53,171 bases of DNA, taken from IMG/VR virus record IMGVR_UViG_2721755711_000003, positions 1-53,171 of that record; one strand, written 5' to 3'. A model generated the notes under the pieces. That model ran no database searches. It was not told the DNA's origin and saw only the letters and a list, made by a program, of their open reading frames with translations. The position numbers were made by a program, and so were the translations under genes. This document shows positions 28,031-38,665 of the stretch, piece after piece; position 1 is the stretch's first letter, and each line of letters starts with the position of its first letter. This stretch comes from a virus. Lineage: Duplodnaviria > Heunggongvirae > Uroviricota > Caudoviricetes.

Positions 28031-29348
28031 AATCTACCTCCCAAAACCTCATGAGGGGCAAATAGCTGCATGGACGGCGGCAATAGAGGAACGCTTCCAC
28101 GCGGTATGCTGTGGTCGTCGCTGGGGTAAAACGGTGATGCTGGTGAACATCGCTACCAGTTTCGCTACGCGGAAATTTGCCGTTCCTACCACTGGGCAAC
28201 TTATCGCGGGTAGGGTGGGGATTTTTACCGCGCAATACCGCCAGTACCAGGAAATCTGGGATGAAATTAGCGCCGTTCTGCAACCGCTGATCCTCAGTCA
28301 GTCAAAAAATGAAAAGCGCATCATTCTCCGTAATGGGGGGCGCATCGACTTTTGGGTAACGGACAATAACAAACTGGCCGGGCGTGGGCGTAAATATCAC
28401 GCTGTGCTGATTGATGAGGCCGCATTCACTAAATCGCCGGAAATGCTCGAGGAAATCTGGCCCCGAGCGATACGCCCGACGCTTGTCGATTACCGCGGCT
28501 GTGCGTGGGTATTTTCCACACCAAACGGTATCGACGAGAGCAATTTTTTCTACGCGATATGCCACGATGAATCCCTGGGATTTGTTATGCACCATGCGCC
28601 AACTTCATCGAATCCGTATATTCCGAAAGAAGAACTGGAGGAAACGGAGAAGAAATCCGATCCGCGCGTCTGGCAGCAGGAATATCTTGCAGAGTTCGTA
28701 GACTGGTCCAAAGACGCGTTACTCGATGTCGATAAGCTGCTGGTGGATGGCCAGCCGGTTGAGATGCCGCGACACTGCGACATGATTTTTGCGGTAATGG
28801 ATACGGCGCTGAAAGGCGGGACGGAGAACGACGGGACAGGCGTGGTTTACTTCGCGTATGAGTCCACGTATTCCGATGAGCCGAAACTGACCGTTATCGA
28901 CTGGGATGTGACGCAAATTAAAGCGTCGCTGCTTCCTGAGTATATCCCCGGTGTTTATGACAACCTCGAGCGGCTGGCGCAACTCTGCCGCCCGCGCCTG
29001 GGGAGTCAGGGGGTATTCATGGAGGATGCCGCAATGGGCGCAATCCTCAACCAGAAAGCGGAAACCGAAGGCTGGGATATGACGCCGATTAAATCAGCGT
29101 TAACCAGCAAAGGGAAAGACGAGCGCGCGGTGCTGGCTTCCAGCCACCATTACCAGGGTAAATGCAAAATTACCCGCGAGGCTTACGACAAAACCGTTTC
29201 ATTCAAGCGCACAACCGCAAACCACCTCATCAAACAAATCGCCGGGTTCCACCTGGCAGACAAAGACGCGCATAAACGTGCTGATGACCTTTTCGATTGT
29301 TACACCTATGGATTGATCATTGCGCACGGTAATTACGCGGCGTTGTAA
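28020..29348 (+). CDS. terminase large subunit
   Basis: 442 aa; Walker A-like CGRRWGKT, Walker B-like AVLIDEAAF, C-terminal nuclease-like region. Confidence 0.8.
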   Translation: MSIEIYLPKPHEGQIAAWTAAIEERFHAVCCGRRWGKTVMLVNIATSFATRKFAVPTTGQLIAGRVGIFTAQYRQYQEIWDEISAVLQPLILSQSKNEKRIILRNGGRIDFWVTDNNKLAGRGRKYHAVLIDEAAFTKSPEMLEEIWPRAIRPTLVDYRGCAWVFSTPNGIDESNFFYAICHDESLGFVMHHAPTSSNPYIPKEELEETEKKSDPRVWQQEYLAEFVDWSKDALLDVDKLLVDGQPVEMPRHCDMIFAVMDTALKGGTENDGTGVVYFAYESTYSDEPKLTVIDWDVTQIKASLLPEYIPGVYDNLERLAQLCRPRLGSQGVFMEDAAMGAILNQKAETEGWDMTPIKSALTSKGKDERAVLASSHHYQGKCKITREAYDKTVSFKRTTANHLIKQIAGFHLADKDAHKRADDLFDCYTYGLIIAHGNYAAL

Positions 29349-29366
29349 AAAATCAGGATATTTTTG

Positions 29367-30803
29367 ATGGCAGAGATCGAGATTACTGGCGGCCTCGGTT
29401 CGGCACTGATGCGTATTCTTGAGGCTGAAGAAATTCAGCCGGGAACCGATATCGGCTATGAACTGTGTAAGCTGCTGTGGCAATTCCATCCTCTGGGCGG
29501 AAAACTTGTCGAAAAACCCATACTGATGGCGATGTGTAAGCCGCGACAGTATAACGTGGAGACAGATCCTGACGAGAGGGTTGTGCGGCGTTTTCAGGAG
29601 GTATGGGAACGTATGAAAGTCAACGAGAAGATTAAAAATCTGTTTTTTCTGTCTCGTTGCTACGGTGCCGCAGCGATCGGCGTGGGCACCGACAGTGTTT
29701 CATGTCGTGAACCGCTTCCGACGTTCGGACTGACAGAAGAGGATGTGTATATCAACGCGTGGGATCCGTTGAACGCTTCCGGTTCGATGGTGACTGACCA
29801 GAACCCAAACAGTCCGTTTTTCCAGGAAGCCAATAAAAAGCTGAAGATTGGCGGAAAAGACTGGCATCCGTCACGCACGTTGAAAATTTTCAACGGCACA
29901 CCGATTTATCTGGAGTTTCAGAGTTCATCGTTCGGATTCACCGGGCGAAGCGTGTTTCAGCGCGTTCTTTATTCCCTGAAATCCTATATCAACACGATGG
30001 AGGCGAATGATCTCGTCAGTCAGAAAGCGGGCGTACTGGTAGCTAAAGTTGTGCAAAACGGTTCGAAACTTGACGGGATCATGGCTGCCGCCACGGGACG
30101 AAAAAGGGAAAATGTCAAAGAGGCAAAAAATAAAGGTGTGCTTAGTATCGGGAAGGATGAGGACGTTACCTCGCTGAATTTACAAAACATCGATGGCGCG
30201 CTAAATGCCGCCCGCGACAACATTATTTCCGATATTGCATCAGGTAGCGATGTTCCCGCGATTCTCATCAAGGAGGAGGCTTTCTCGAATGGTTTCGGTG
30301 AAGGAACTGAGGATTCGAAAGCTATCAGCCAGTATATCGATGGTGTACGCCAGCAGATTGAACCTGTGATGGATTATTTCGAACGCCTGGTGCAGTACAT
30401 CGCCTGGAACGAGGAATTTTATCAGTCGCTGAAAAATGATTACCCGGACATCATAACTGATGACTATAAAACCACGTTTTACCAGTGGCGACGTGAATTT
30501 ACCGCGACATGGCAGGAGCTGGTGGAGGAGTCGCCGGACAAACGCCGGGAAAGCGACAGTAAAGTGATTCAACAGGCGATAGCACTTTTCTCTGCCGTGT
30601 CGCCACAGGTTGATCCTGAAAACCGTGCCGCCGTCACTGAATGGCTGGCAAGCCTTGTTAATGCCACGCAAACCTATGGCGAAGCTCCACTCATCATTGA
30701 TGTGGACGCGCTGGCGAATTATGAACCACCGAAGCAGGAGACGCCTGATGGCAATTTCCAGCCGGGCGGTGAGGAAGAAGAAACGGATCAGGACGCTATA
30801 TGA
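29367..30803 (+). CDS. portal protein
   Basis: About 478 aa immediately after the large terminase; acidic C-terminus. Track ORF begins at a TTG; ATG at 29367. Confidence 0.55.
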   Translation: MAEIEITGGLGSALMRILEAEEIQPGTDIGYELCKLLWQFHPLGGKLVEKPILMAMCKPRQYNVETDPDERVVRRFQEVWERMKVNEKIKNLFFLSRCYGAAAIGVGTDSVSCREPLPTFGLTEEDVYINAWDPLNASGSMVTDQNPNSPFFQEANKKLKIGGKDWHPSRTLKIFNGTPIYLEFQSSSFGFTGRSVFQRVLYSLKSYINTMEANDLVSQKAGVLVAKVVQNGSKLDGIMAAATGRKRENVKEAKNKGVLSIGKDEDVTSLNLQNIDGALNAARDNIISDIASGSDVPAILIKEEAFSNGFGEGTEDSKAISQYIDGVRQQIEPVMDYFERLVQYIAWNEEFYQSLKNDYPDIITDDYKTTFYQWRREFTATWQELVEESPDKRRESDSKVIQQAIALFSAVSPQVDPENRAAVTEWLASLVNATQTYGEAPLIIDVDALANYEPPKQETPDGNFQPGGEEEETDQDAI

Positions 30804-31581
30804 GGTTCTGACGGATGCCGTTAACTACTACGTAAATCACGGGTGGGATAGCGAAAAATCATTGCTCGAATGGTGCCGGAAACTCCGTGTAGCCGCTCAG
30901 CGAGAAACCCCTGATGATACCGTAGCCAGAAAACATCTCACCGCCATCTACAGCCGTCTTGTCATCGACGGCGGGGCATTACGGGAGCAGCCTCCTGACG
31001 GCCCTAAAAAAGTCACTGTTGAAAAACTGAAACCTGAGTTTCGCAAGGAACTCGACAGGCGAATTTTCGCCAGTGCCAACCTGATAAAACTCAACCGCGA
31101 ACAGGCCATCGAGAAAACCATACAGCGTTTTCAGGGGTGGGTTACGTCCATTCCGCCTGACGGGGTGAGCGAAATTGATCGCCGGGAAGTGAAGTCCGGT
31201 TTTCAGAAGTCCGTGAAGGATATGGATTTTATCAGTCGCCGGGTGGCAATTGACCAGGGGCATAAGCTGGCAAGCAACGTTAAGTATCTGCTGGCTGTTC
31301 AGAGTGGAGCGATTGCTCTGCGCTGGCATTCTAACTGGCGGCGTCCGGGCTACAAATACCGACAGGACCACAAAGAGCGCGACGAGAAAATTTATCTCCT
31401 CCGCAATTCGTGGGCGCTGGAGCAGGGGCTGATTAAGCCCGTATATGGTTTTTATGACGAAATCACTGCTGCTGGGGAGGAGGTTTATTGCAGTTGCGAT
31501 GCACTGCCGATCTACGCCCCTCAGAAACTACCCGACGAATTTTTAACGGAGAAGGGCAAACGTGAGTTTAACCGAGCTTGA
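30748..31581 (+). CDS. head morphogenesis protein (Mu F-like minor capsid)
   Basis: ATG 30748 with AGGAG upstream; 277 aa; position after portal. Confidence 0.45.
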   Translation: MAISSRAVRKKKRIRTLYEVLTDAVNYYVNHGWDSEKSLLEWCRKLRVAAQRETPDDTVARKHLTAIYSRLVIDGGALREQPPDGPKKVTVEKLKPEFRKELDRRIFASANLIKLNREQAIEKTIQRFQGWVTSIPPDGVSEIDRREVKSGFQKSVKDMDFISRRVAIDQGHKLASNVKYLLAVQSGAIALRWHSNWRRPGYKYRQDHKERDEKIYLLRNSWALEQGLIKPVYGFYDEITAAGEEVYCSCDALPIYAPQKLPDEFLTEKGKREFNRA

Positions 31582-32884
31582 AGTGGCAGAACGCATCAGG
31601 GACGGAACCGTACCGTCTCCGGTGAAATTCTCCAACATGTGGCTGGTGAATTTGCGAATAACCGGAACCGGGCTTGCCTATCGCGCCGGGCTGAAAGAGC
31701 ACGTCTGGCGTGATCCAAAGCTCTATCTGAACGAGGAGTTTTTAAGGCGATGCAATGGCCTTCCGGTTATCGCAAACCATCCTGACGACGCAGTTCTGAC
31801 GGAGGAGGACTTTAAATCGCGGATCGTCGGTAGCGTCATGCTGCCGTATATCCGGGGTGATGAGGTATGGGCGGTGTGCCGCGTTTACCTCCAGAGCATT
31901 GTTGAAGAAATCACTGAGGGGGATGTTTCGACAAGCCCGTCGGTGGTGTTCAACAGCACATCAGGAAATGTGGAAGTACAGGAAGGTGACACCAATTTTT
32001 TAATCGAAGGCGTTCCTTTCCTGGTTGATCACATCGCCCTGGTGACGAAAGCCCACGGCTCGCTGGGCGTGTGGGATAAAGACCGGATCCCCGCAGGGGT
32101 TGAAGTGACAAACACAGGTGAAATCGAGATGGAAAAAGAAGAACTCCAGGCCCTGTTACAGGGGGTTGTGAGCGATGCCCTGCAAGGCATTAATCAGAAA
32201 ATCGATGGTGTCGTTACGCGCATGGACTCACTGGAACAGCGGGACAAAGCGCGGGCGGATGCCGAAGAACAGGCGAAAAAAGAGGCCGAAGAAAAGGCCA
32301 AAGCCGATGAAGCCGCAGAGGAACAGCGTAAAGCTGATGAAGCTGCGGCAAAGGAGGCGGAAGAAAAAGCCAAAGCTGACGAGGCGGCAGCTAAAGACGC
32401 TGAGGAGAAAGCAAAGGCTGATTCCGAAGCGGAAGAACAGCGTAAGGCTGACGAGGAGGCAGAAAAAGAACGCAATGACTCTGCCCTGGCAGAAGCGCAG
32501 GCAAAAGCCGACTCCGCATTCAGTGCCTGCGGTAAAAACGCGCCAGCACCGTTTTCTGGTGAAAATGCGCTGGACTACCGCAAGCGTGCGCTAATCGCTA
32601 TGCAGAAACACTCTCCGGCACATAAGGACGTCAATATTCGCGCGATTGCGGATTCTGCAACGCTGGCTGTGCTTGAGGACGCAATTTTCAGTGCCGCCCG
32701 TCAGTCCATCGAAAAAGAAATGATGAGTACGCAGGGGCAACTGCATAAACGTATCCGCAACGATGAAGCCGGGCGTCGCATTACTGAATATCAGGGCGAT
32801 CCGAACGTCTGGCTGAGTGCCTTCAAAATTCCGGGGCGTCGTCTGGCAAAAATTAACACTCAAGGGAGCCTGAACAATGGCTGA
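31562..32884 (+). CDS. putative prohead protease / scaffold protein with an acidic repeat domain
   Basis: 440 aa; GTG start; a central (A/E)EKAKADEAA-type repeat forming a long charged helix. Confidence 0.45.
   Translation: MSLTELEVAERIRDGTVPSPVKFSNMWLVNLRITGTGLAYRAGLKEHVWRDPKLYLNEEFLRRCNGLPVIANHPDDAVLTEEDFKSRIVGSVMLPYIRGDEVWAVCRVYLQSIVEEITEGDVSTSPSVVFNSTSGNVEVQEGDTNFLIEGVPFLVDHIALVTKAHGSLGVWDKDRIPAGVEVTNTGEIEMEKEELQALLQGVVSDALQGINQKIDGVVTRMDSLEQRDKARADAEEQAKKEAEEKAKADEAAEEQRKADEAAAKEAEEKAKADEAAAKDAEEKAKADSEAEEQRKADEEAEKERNDSALAEAQAKADSAFSACGKNAPAPFSGENALDYRKRALIAMQKHSPAHKDVNIRAIADSATLAVLEDAIFSAARQSIEKEMMSTQGQLHKRIRNDEAGRRITEYQGDPNVWLSAFKIPGRRLAKINTQGSLNNG
32266..32472 (+). repeat. in-frame imperfect tandem repeats (about 30-42 bp units)
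   Basis: EEKAKADEAA / EEQRKADEAA units repeated about six times at DNA and protein level inside the scaffold-like gene. Confidence 0.5.
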
Positions 32885-33494
32885 TATTAACTTTCATCCG
32901 TTTAAAAACCGTGGAGCATTTGGTGGCCTTTTTAACGTCGAATCCCGTGGGCTGATGCAGGGGGATGCGCAGGATGATCCGGCAATTCGTCTGCAACTTT
33001 GCTCCGGACGACTGGACAGCAAAATCAGTGAACCGGTATGGGGTGGTGTCGGTGTTATCGAGTGCATCGCTCCCGCGAAAGACAGCGTTAACGGGGCGGT
33101 TATCAAGCAGGCCACGAAGGACGCCTGTAACGCCTTTACTGTCTTTAATCAGGCATTTCATGGCATTACCACGCCGGATAATCCGGTGCCGTTATATCTC
33201 GCGGGTGGCTTTGTTCACTATTACCGCGTCGGTTCAGGTGCCCGCATTCCTCTCCCTGTCAGTGCAGAAGTTGTTGCGCTGGCTGATGGAAATAACACCG
33301 TTGCTGCCTGTGGTTTTGTGTGGGATCTGACGAAAAACATGATTGATGTTTATTCGGGATCACCCGGCACTAATCCGAAAGTGGATATTAAGCTGCTGAT
33401 GGTTTCAGTTGACGGAAACCTGACGGTGAAAAAAGAGGATGGCGGTAACGTTGTCTGGGAAATCGGCAAACCGTGCGGCCTGTTTTTAATTTAA
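32877..33494 (+). CDS. hypothetical head protein
   Basis: 205-aa ORF between the scaffold-like and capsid-like genes. Confidence 0.4.
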   Translation: MADINFHPFKNRGAFGGLFNVESRGLMQGDAQDDPAIRLQLCSGRLDSKISEPVWGGVGVIECIAPAKDSVNGAVIKQATKDACNAFTVFNQAFHGITTPDNPVPLYLAGGFVHYYRVGSGARIPLPVSAEVVALADGNNTVAACGFVWDLTKNMIDVYSGSPGTNPKVDIKLLMVSVDGNLTVKKEDGGNVVWEIGKPCGLFLI

Positions 33495-33508
33495 GGGGAT
33501 ATTAATTA

Positions 33509-34537
33509 ATGAGCGCATTTACTCCTGCGACTACTATTGTGTCGCCGTCAATGGTGCTGCCGGAAATGATCGTGCAACAGAGCATGGCTTCCGGGGCGTT
33601 TGAAGTCCTGGCTGGTGGTGCTCCGGCAGTAAAAATCAGTTCCAGTGATTTGATGGTCTATCAGAAATATCTGCGCATGACCTCGCAGGCGCAGGTCAGC
33701 CAGTCTCTGCCGGGCCAGTTACCGTCTTCCAGTATCTCTGGTGGCTATGACGGGATGATGACTTACCGAATTTCTTCCCGCTCGCAATACAGCTATCTCG
33801 ATACTGATGCAGCAGATCGCTGGGGCTATTCTCTGATTGAAGGCCTGCGCCTGGCTAACCGCCAGGGACACGCTCAAATGTTGCGTAATATGCTGCTGTA
33901 CGGTGTTGAAGCGAAGAATAACGAAGGGATCACCAACTCCCCGAATGCAGTGACGCTGAATCTGGGCAACGACAGCAAAGGTAACGATTCGTACACCACC
34001 TGGGATTCCGGCGAGATGGCTAAATTTATGCTTGGCCTGATTGCTGACCAGAAAACCCGCATGTTGCTGCTGGGGCAGCCATTAACGACTGTTATTCTGA
34101 GTCCACAGCGATTCATGAAGGCGCTGGAGTGGACAGGAATTGTTGAGCTGACCAGTTATCAGCGTCCTGGTGGTGGTACCGGAACGGTGGGAACGATGGT
34201 TAAAGATGTCGCCGATAAGGCGACAGGCGACGACATCATTTTCTGCCAGGACGACACGCTGATCGGTAAAGGCGCTGGTGGTAATGACCTGATCATCGTT
34301 ACGAACCCGACGATTGAGGTTCCGGAAGCGCGTCATACCATTAACACCAATATTTTCTCCACGCTGGTTCCTAACCAGCAGGCCGTCAACGTGATGTTCT
34401 GTGATATGGCAGCGCCGACGGAAATACCATCCCCTATGCCGGATGGTGGCCTGACCACGTTGTATACCATGCGCGCGACGCCGGGCTGGAACTTCCGCCC
34501 TGAGGGGATCACCCTGTTGTCTGCCAAATACGCATAA
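33509..34537 (+). CDS. major capsid protein
   Basis: 342 aa; follows the scaffold-like gene and is followed by a strong terminator, as expected for a highly expressed capsid gene. Confidence 0.55.
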   Translation: MSAFTPATTIVSPSMVLPEMIVQQSMASGAFEVLAGGAPAVKISSSDLMVYQKYLRMTSQAQVSQSLPGQLPSSSISGGYDGMMTYRISSRSQYSYLDTDAADRWGYSLIEGLRLANRQGHAQMLRNMLLYGVEAKNNEGITNSPNAVTLNLGNDSKGNDSYTTWDSGEMAKFMLGLIADQKTRMLLLGQPLTTVILSPQRFMKALEWTGIVELTSYQRPGGGTGTVGTMVKDVADKATGDDIIFCQDDTLIGKGAGGNDLIIVTNPTIEVPEARHTINTNIFSTLVPNQQAVNVMFCDMAAPTEIPSPMPDGGLTTLYTMRATPGWNFRPEGITLLSAKYA

Positions 34538-34556
34538 ACGTTCAACCTGATAACGC

Positions 34557-34581
34557 GGGGAGCTAAATGCTCCCCTTTTTT
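34557..34581 (+). terminator. rho-independent terminator
   Basis: GGGGAGC / GCTCCCC stem, TAAAT loop, then TTTTTT. Confidence 0.65.
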
Positions 34582-34594
34582 GTGGGAAAAATTT

Positions 34595-35065
34595 ATGAAG
34601 CTCTACATCGCTAACTGCTCACGTCAGCCGCACACGTTCAACTACAAACTCCCCGAAAAAACGCAGTCGTTCGGTGTGACAATTCCGTCCGGACGTCAGC
34701 ATATGATCGAAAATCAGTCCGATATTATCGACCACATCATCCGACAGCATGAGCCTTACGGATTCCAGCGTTGTGACAAGGTGGACAAGAATTTTTCTGG
34801 TATCTGCTATTCCATCGATAAACCTGTGAGCGTTGGTCGCATTGAGGATTGCGCGGAGCAGAAAACGGAAAATCTGGAATCCCTGTCAGAAGAAATTCTC
34901 GCAGCCAGCGCCGTATCGCTGAATAACGCAGTGGATCAGGCAGTGATTCAGAGTGGCGAAAAACCTCAACCAGGTGGTATTGAAATGGAAATCACCGGGG
35001 AAGCGGTTAACACCGAACAGGAAAATCCGCCCAGCACAAAGCGAAATATTAAGGTTAAAAAATAA
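34595..35065 (+). CDS. hypothetical head-tail joining protein
   Basis: ATG 34595 (MKLYIANCS...); 156 aa. Confidence 0.4.
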   Translation: MKLYIANCSRQPHTFNYKLPEKTQSFGVTIPSGRQHMIENQSDIIDHIIRQHEPYGFQRCDKVDKNFSGICYSIDKPVSVGRIEDCAEQKTENLESLSEEILAASAVSLNNAVDQAVIQSGEKPQPGGIEMEITGEAVNTEQENPPSTKRNIKVKK

Positions 35066-35505
35066 TGACCCTGCGTCCGTCACTGGAGGGGTTTATTCGC
35101 TTTGTTCGTGACGACATGAAAGTACCGGTTCACGCTATTGCTGACGATGATCCGACGCTGGAATGTTGCTTTCAGTCTGCGATGGAGCTAATCCCTCACG
35201 ATCAGGGGCTGGAGCGTTTACCCATCATCTATGTGCGAACGGTTTATAACGCTGCCGCCTCATTTCTCCTGAATTTCGCTCCCGGCTCGTGGTTTGCCGA
35301 CCTGAGAAAAAAACTCAACCTTGGGAAACTGGCTACCGGGCTTGTCAGCGCGGCAGCAGACCAGGGGACATCGGGTTCGATCACCATCAGCGACGCGCTG
35401 AGTAATCTGTCTTTGCTGGATTTGCAGATGTTACAGGATCCGTATGGACGACAGGTTGTTGCGGTGCTGATGCAGATGGGCACGGTATGGGGTTACACGC
35501 CATGA
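35065..35505 (+). CDS. hypothetical structural protein
   Basis: 146 aa; start overlaps the upstream stop. Confidence 0.4.
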   Translation: MTLRPSLEGFIRFVRDDMKVPVHAIADDDPTLECCFQSAMELIPHDQGLERLPIIYVRTVYNAAASFLLNFAPGSWFADLRKKLNLGKLATGLVSAAADQGTSGSITISDALSNLSLLDLQMLQDPYGRQVVAVLMQMGTVWGYTP

Positions 35506-35942
35506 AACTTTGTTTTGGGGTTATCGACCAGCCGTATGACTACGGCGACGAACCGGGAAAAACCACGTTTGACGTGGCCTGTGACCTCGAGGAGCGATAC
35601 GAAATTTTTACGCACTTCTGGGAAATGCATAAGGACGAGATTATCCAGGAGGCAGGTACTGAACTGGCGTACCAGTTGGTCAATCACTTCAAGTATAAGG
35701 CTCCGCTACCTGGCGAGCATTTTCTGGAAGGGACCGGGAAGATTTTCCATATTTTTCTGGAAACTGAAGAAATGGCCGGGATGACGATTAACGGAAACCC
35801 TGTGCCAACTCAGGCCGCGCTACTGGGCGTTAACTCCAGGCTTAAGGACAAATATACCGGGGAGCGGCGCCCGTCATTCATAGACGGTGGCCTGTTTAAG
35901 GGCAGCTTTATAGCGTGGATAGATAACAATGCCGAGTCTTGA
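35487..35942 (+). CDS. hypothetical structural protein
   Basis: 151 aa (true start may be the internal Met at about 35502). Confidence 0.4.
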   Translation: MGLHAMKLCFGVIDQPYDYGDEPGKTTFDVACDLEERYEIFTHFWEMHKDEIIQEAGTELAYQLVNHFKYKAPLPGEHFLEGTGKIFHIFLETEEMAGMTINGNPVPTQAALLGVNSRLKDKYTGERRPSFIDGGLFKGSFIAWIDNNAES

Positions 35943-36873
35943 GGAATTAGCCGAACAGCACAGTTCGCAGCTCTCATCCGTTCTTAAATCCGCAGTTGAA
36001 ACCATCTCGTCAGACCAGGAAATCACGTTCAGGCTCTATGTCCGGCAGGTTCTGCCGCTGGATGGCTTTGTCTATTGGGTTAATGCGGAAATCATCAGTT
36101 GCGATGAACTGTGTCGCCTGAATATTGAGTCACCAACTCGTCTGAAAATCAAAGGCAGCCTGCATCGTCAGGTTATTGCGATTCAGGACGAGTCTGTCTC
36201 GAAGGATGTGAACAACATTATTTTCACGCCTGTTCAGCAGGTTGATGATTTTAATGTGGAAAATCCCGATGCGATCTATCTCGGTGAGTACGGAGGCGTC
36301 CAGTTCGCTTTTTCACGAATGGAGAGCCGTTATCAGCAGTCGGGTATTTTTCATTATCGCGGCATGGCGATTTTACCAACCATGCGTTCCCAGATTATCG
36401 ACTGCGAGGAGGATATCAGCGACGAGCAGATCATCTCCAACAGCATCCCGATCTGGCTGCAAATGAAAGATGCCGCGACCGTGTATCCGTCTTACCTGGT
36501 ACCGCAGAACCTTCGCCCTCCGTATATCGCGGTGGATGTTCGCAACAGTATTCCGTTGCAGGTGGCTCCCGTTGTTTTCGGAGGTGAGCGGTTCCAGCTA
36601 GTCCAGGATTCGGTTCGCCTGACGCTTTACGGATTCAGCAACAAAATGGCGCTGGATCTTGTCGACTCGGTGGTGAACAGGGCGCTGGAGGAGGAAAAGT
36701 TTGGTGTAACCAATATTCCGGTGGTTCAGGACGCAAAGTCGGGACAGGTTGAAATCAACGCTCTGGCGAAGAAAAAGATTGTCGATTTTGACGTGAATTA
36801 CTACCAGAGCACCGCCCGGGAAATATCCCGGCAGTTGATTGAAAAAGTTATTTGTAAATATGAGGTTAAATAA
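35929..36873 (+). CDS. hypothetical structural protein
   Basis: 314 aa. Confidence 0.4.
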   Translation: MPSLEELAEQHSSQLSSVLKSAVETISSDQEITFRLYVRQVLPLDGFVYWVNAEIISCDELCRLNIESPTRLKIKGSLHRQVIAIQDESVSKDVNNIIFTPVQQVDDFNVENPDAIYLGEYGGVQFAFSRMESRYQQSGIFHYRGMAILPTMRSQIIDCEEDISDEQIISNSIPIWLQMKDAATVYPSYLVPQNLRPPYIAVDVRNSIPLQVAPVVFGGERFQLVQDSVRLTLYGFSNKMALDLVDSVVNRALEEEKFGVTNIPVVQDAKSGQVEINALAKKKIVDFDVNYYQSTAREISRQLIEKVICKYEVK

Positions 36874-38210
36874 TGGGATTTAATATCGTCACGGTGAATG
36901 TGTCCCAGACCATCGGGGCCATTCCCTCGAATTTGCAGCAGATGTCTGCGGTTCTCTCGTTTGGTTCCACGACTCATGAGCCGGGAAAACCCGTATTACT
37001 CACCCGTAATCAGGACATTAACGAACTGGTTAAAAATCCGATTGTTGCCTTGTCGGCAGCTGTCGCAGGAAGATCTGCGGCAAGCGTCATCGTAACGATG
37101 ACGCTTCCGGAAGGGAGCAACATCCGACGCGAAAACAGTTCTGAGGTGAAAATTGTTGTTTCCGGGTGTTCGCCCGACGCGTGGAATGGCGAATATACTG
37201 CTACCGTCACGGATGAAAAAACACTGACCTGGACTATTACTGGTTCTCAGCTTTCCGGTTCTCCAGTGACGCTGGGGCAGTTTTCTATTGCTGGCAGTGA
37301 AAATCTGGTGACGGCAGTAAACACGTTTTTTGCCCAGGGAAATTCAGTGGGGATTTACCTGCTGGAGCTGGGAGTACAGAAAGGCGGAGTCAGTAAGGAA
37401 ATCGCTGCGCTGAAATCTTATATGGAAGATCCGCTCCAGCGTTTTTACGCTTATCTGGTACCGCAGACGTGGGATGGCGACGCGGAGTTTATCAGTCTGG
37501 CAAAACTCCACACCGCCAACGAAGCGATGCAGTATTTCTTCGTGCTGACGAAAACGCCGGACGACACGAATTACGTTTCGCCTTATGCCGGTATTAAGTC
37601 GGTTATTGCAACGGCGGATGATACGTACCCGGCGACAAACGCGGCAGCAGCCGTAATGTGGAACTATGTTTCCGCATCACCTTCAGAAATCAACAAGGTG
37701 CCGCCGATGGCATTTCGCTATCTACAGGCGGTAAACGCCCACAAGGGCAAAAATTCCATTCTGGCCACGATGACGAAGCAGAATATTAACTACGTCGAAA
37801 CGGGGGCTGAGGGCGGAATCTCCAACACGATTCTGGTGAAAGGCGTTACCAGTGACGGTAACGATATGACGTACTGGTATTCCGTGGACTGGGTGCAGAT
37901 TAATGTCGATATGCAGCTCGCCAACACGGTGATCAACGGCAGCAATAACCCAATTAACCCGCTTTACTACAACCAGGACGGGATCGACCGTCTACAGCAG
38001 GTCGCACAGGCGGTGTTCAATACGGGCGTATCTTACGGCCTGGTCAACGGCCAGCCTGTCGTCGATGCAGTGCCTTTCCGCCAGTATATCAACACGAATC
38101 CGAATGATTACGGTATCGGGCGTTATGCGGGCCTTTCGGCCTCCTATACGCCGATGCGCGGATTTGTCGAAATCATTTTTAACATCAATGTGACAATGCA
38201 GCTTTCGTGA
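36873..38210 (+). CDS. tail sheath protein (contractile tail)
   Basis: 445 aa; followed by a small tube-sized gene, chaperone-like gene and tape measure. Confidence 0.5.
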   Translation: MGFNIVTVNVSQTIGAIPSNLQQMSAVLSFGSTTHEPGKPVLLTRNQDINELVKNPIVALSAAVAGRSAASVIVTMTLPEGSNIRRENSSEVKIVVSGCSPDAWNGEYTATVTDEKTLTWTITGSQLSGSPVTLGQFSIAGSENLVTAVNTFFAQGNSVGIYLLELGVQKGGVSKEIAALKSYMEDPLQRFYAYLVPQTWDGDAEFISLAKLHTANEAMQYFFVLTKTPDDTNYVSPYAGIKSVIATADDTYPATNAAAAVMWNYVSASPSEINKVPPMAFRYLQAVNAHKGKNSILATMTKQNINYVETGAEGGISNTILVKGVTSDGNDMTYWYSVDWVQINVDMQLANTVINGSNNPINPLYYNQDGIDRLQQVAQAVFNTGVSYGLVNGQPVVDAVPFRQYINTNPNDYGIGRYAGLSASYTPMRGFVEIIFNINVTMQLS

Positions 38211-38221
38211 GGGACTGAACC

Positions 38222-38665
38222 GTGCCTAATCCAATGATCCCTGTTGGCACCCTTAACCGGGTTCGCGCCAGCGTTAAATTCACCTCTCATTCCGAACTGA
38301 ATGTGTCCGCCTCATTTCTGGCAAAAGAAGGCGTCGAATTGTCCTTTCAGGGCAATATTACGGAGTTTTTACCCGCCATGACGGGAGCCGTGCAGTCGCC
38401 GCAGCCATACATGATTTTACAGGCGCGTGTTCATCTGCTGCGTAGCCAGGCGCTGGGAAAACAATTCAAGGCTCAATGGGAAAAGAACGCCACGATCGGC
38501 GACGCAAAAGTGTATAGCGACAGCACGGTATTCGGTGACTTCGATATCTATAACACGGCGATCACCAACGTGCAGGATATGACCTTCGCCGGGGGCGAGC
38601 CTGGTGTAGCCATCACCATTACCGGTACGTATTACATCAACTCTGAAATGTGGGATCTGGTATGA
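38222..38665 (+). CDS. tail tube protein
   Basis: 147 aa immediately after the sheath-like gene. Confidence 0.45.
   Translation: MPNPMIPVGTLNRVRASVKFTSHSELNVSASFLAKEGVELSFQGNITEFLPAMTGAVQSPQPYMILQARVHLLRSQALGKQFKAQWEKNATIGDAKVYSDSTVFGDFDIYNTAITNVQDMTFAGGEPGVAITITGTYYINSEMWDLV

Noticed and set aside
32175-32594. Plus-strand 139-aa Arg/Lys-rich ORF and minus-strand 93-aa Ala/Ser-rich ORF over the scaffold repeat
   Set aside because: Alternative-frame artefacts of the GAA/GCC-rich tandem repeat inside the scaffold-like gene.
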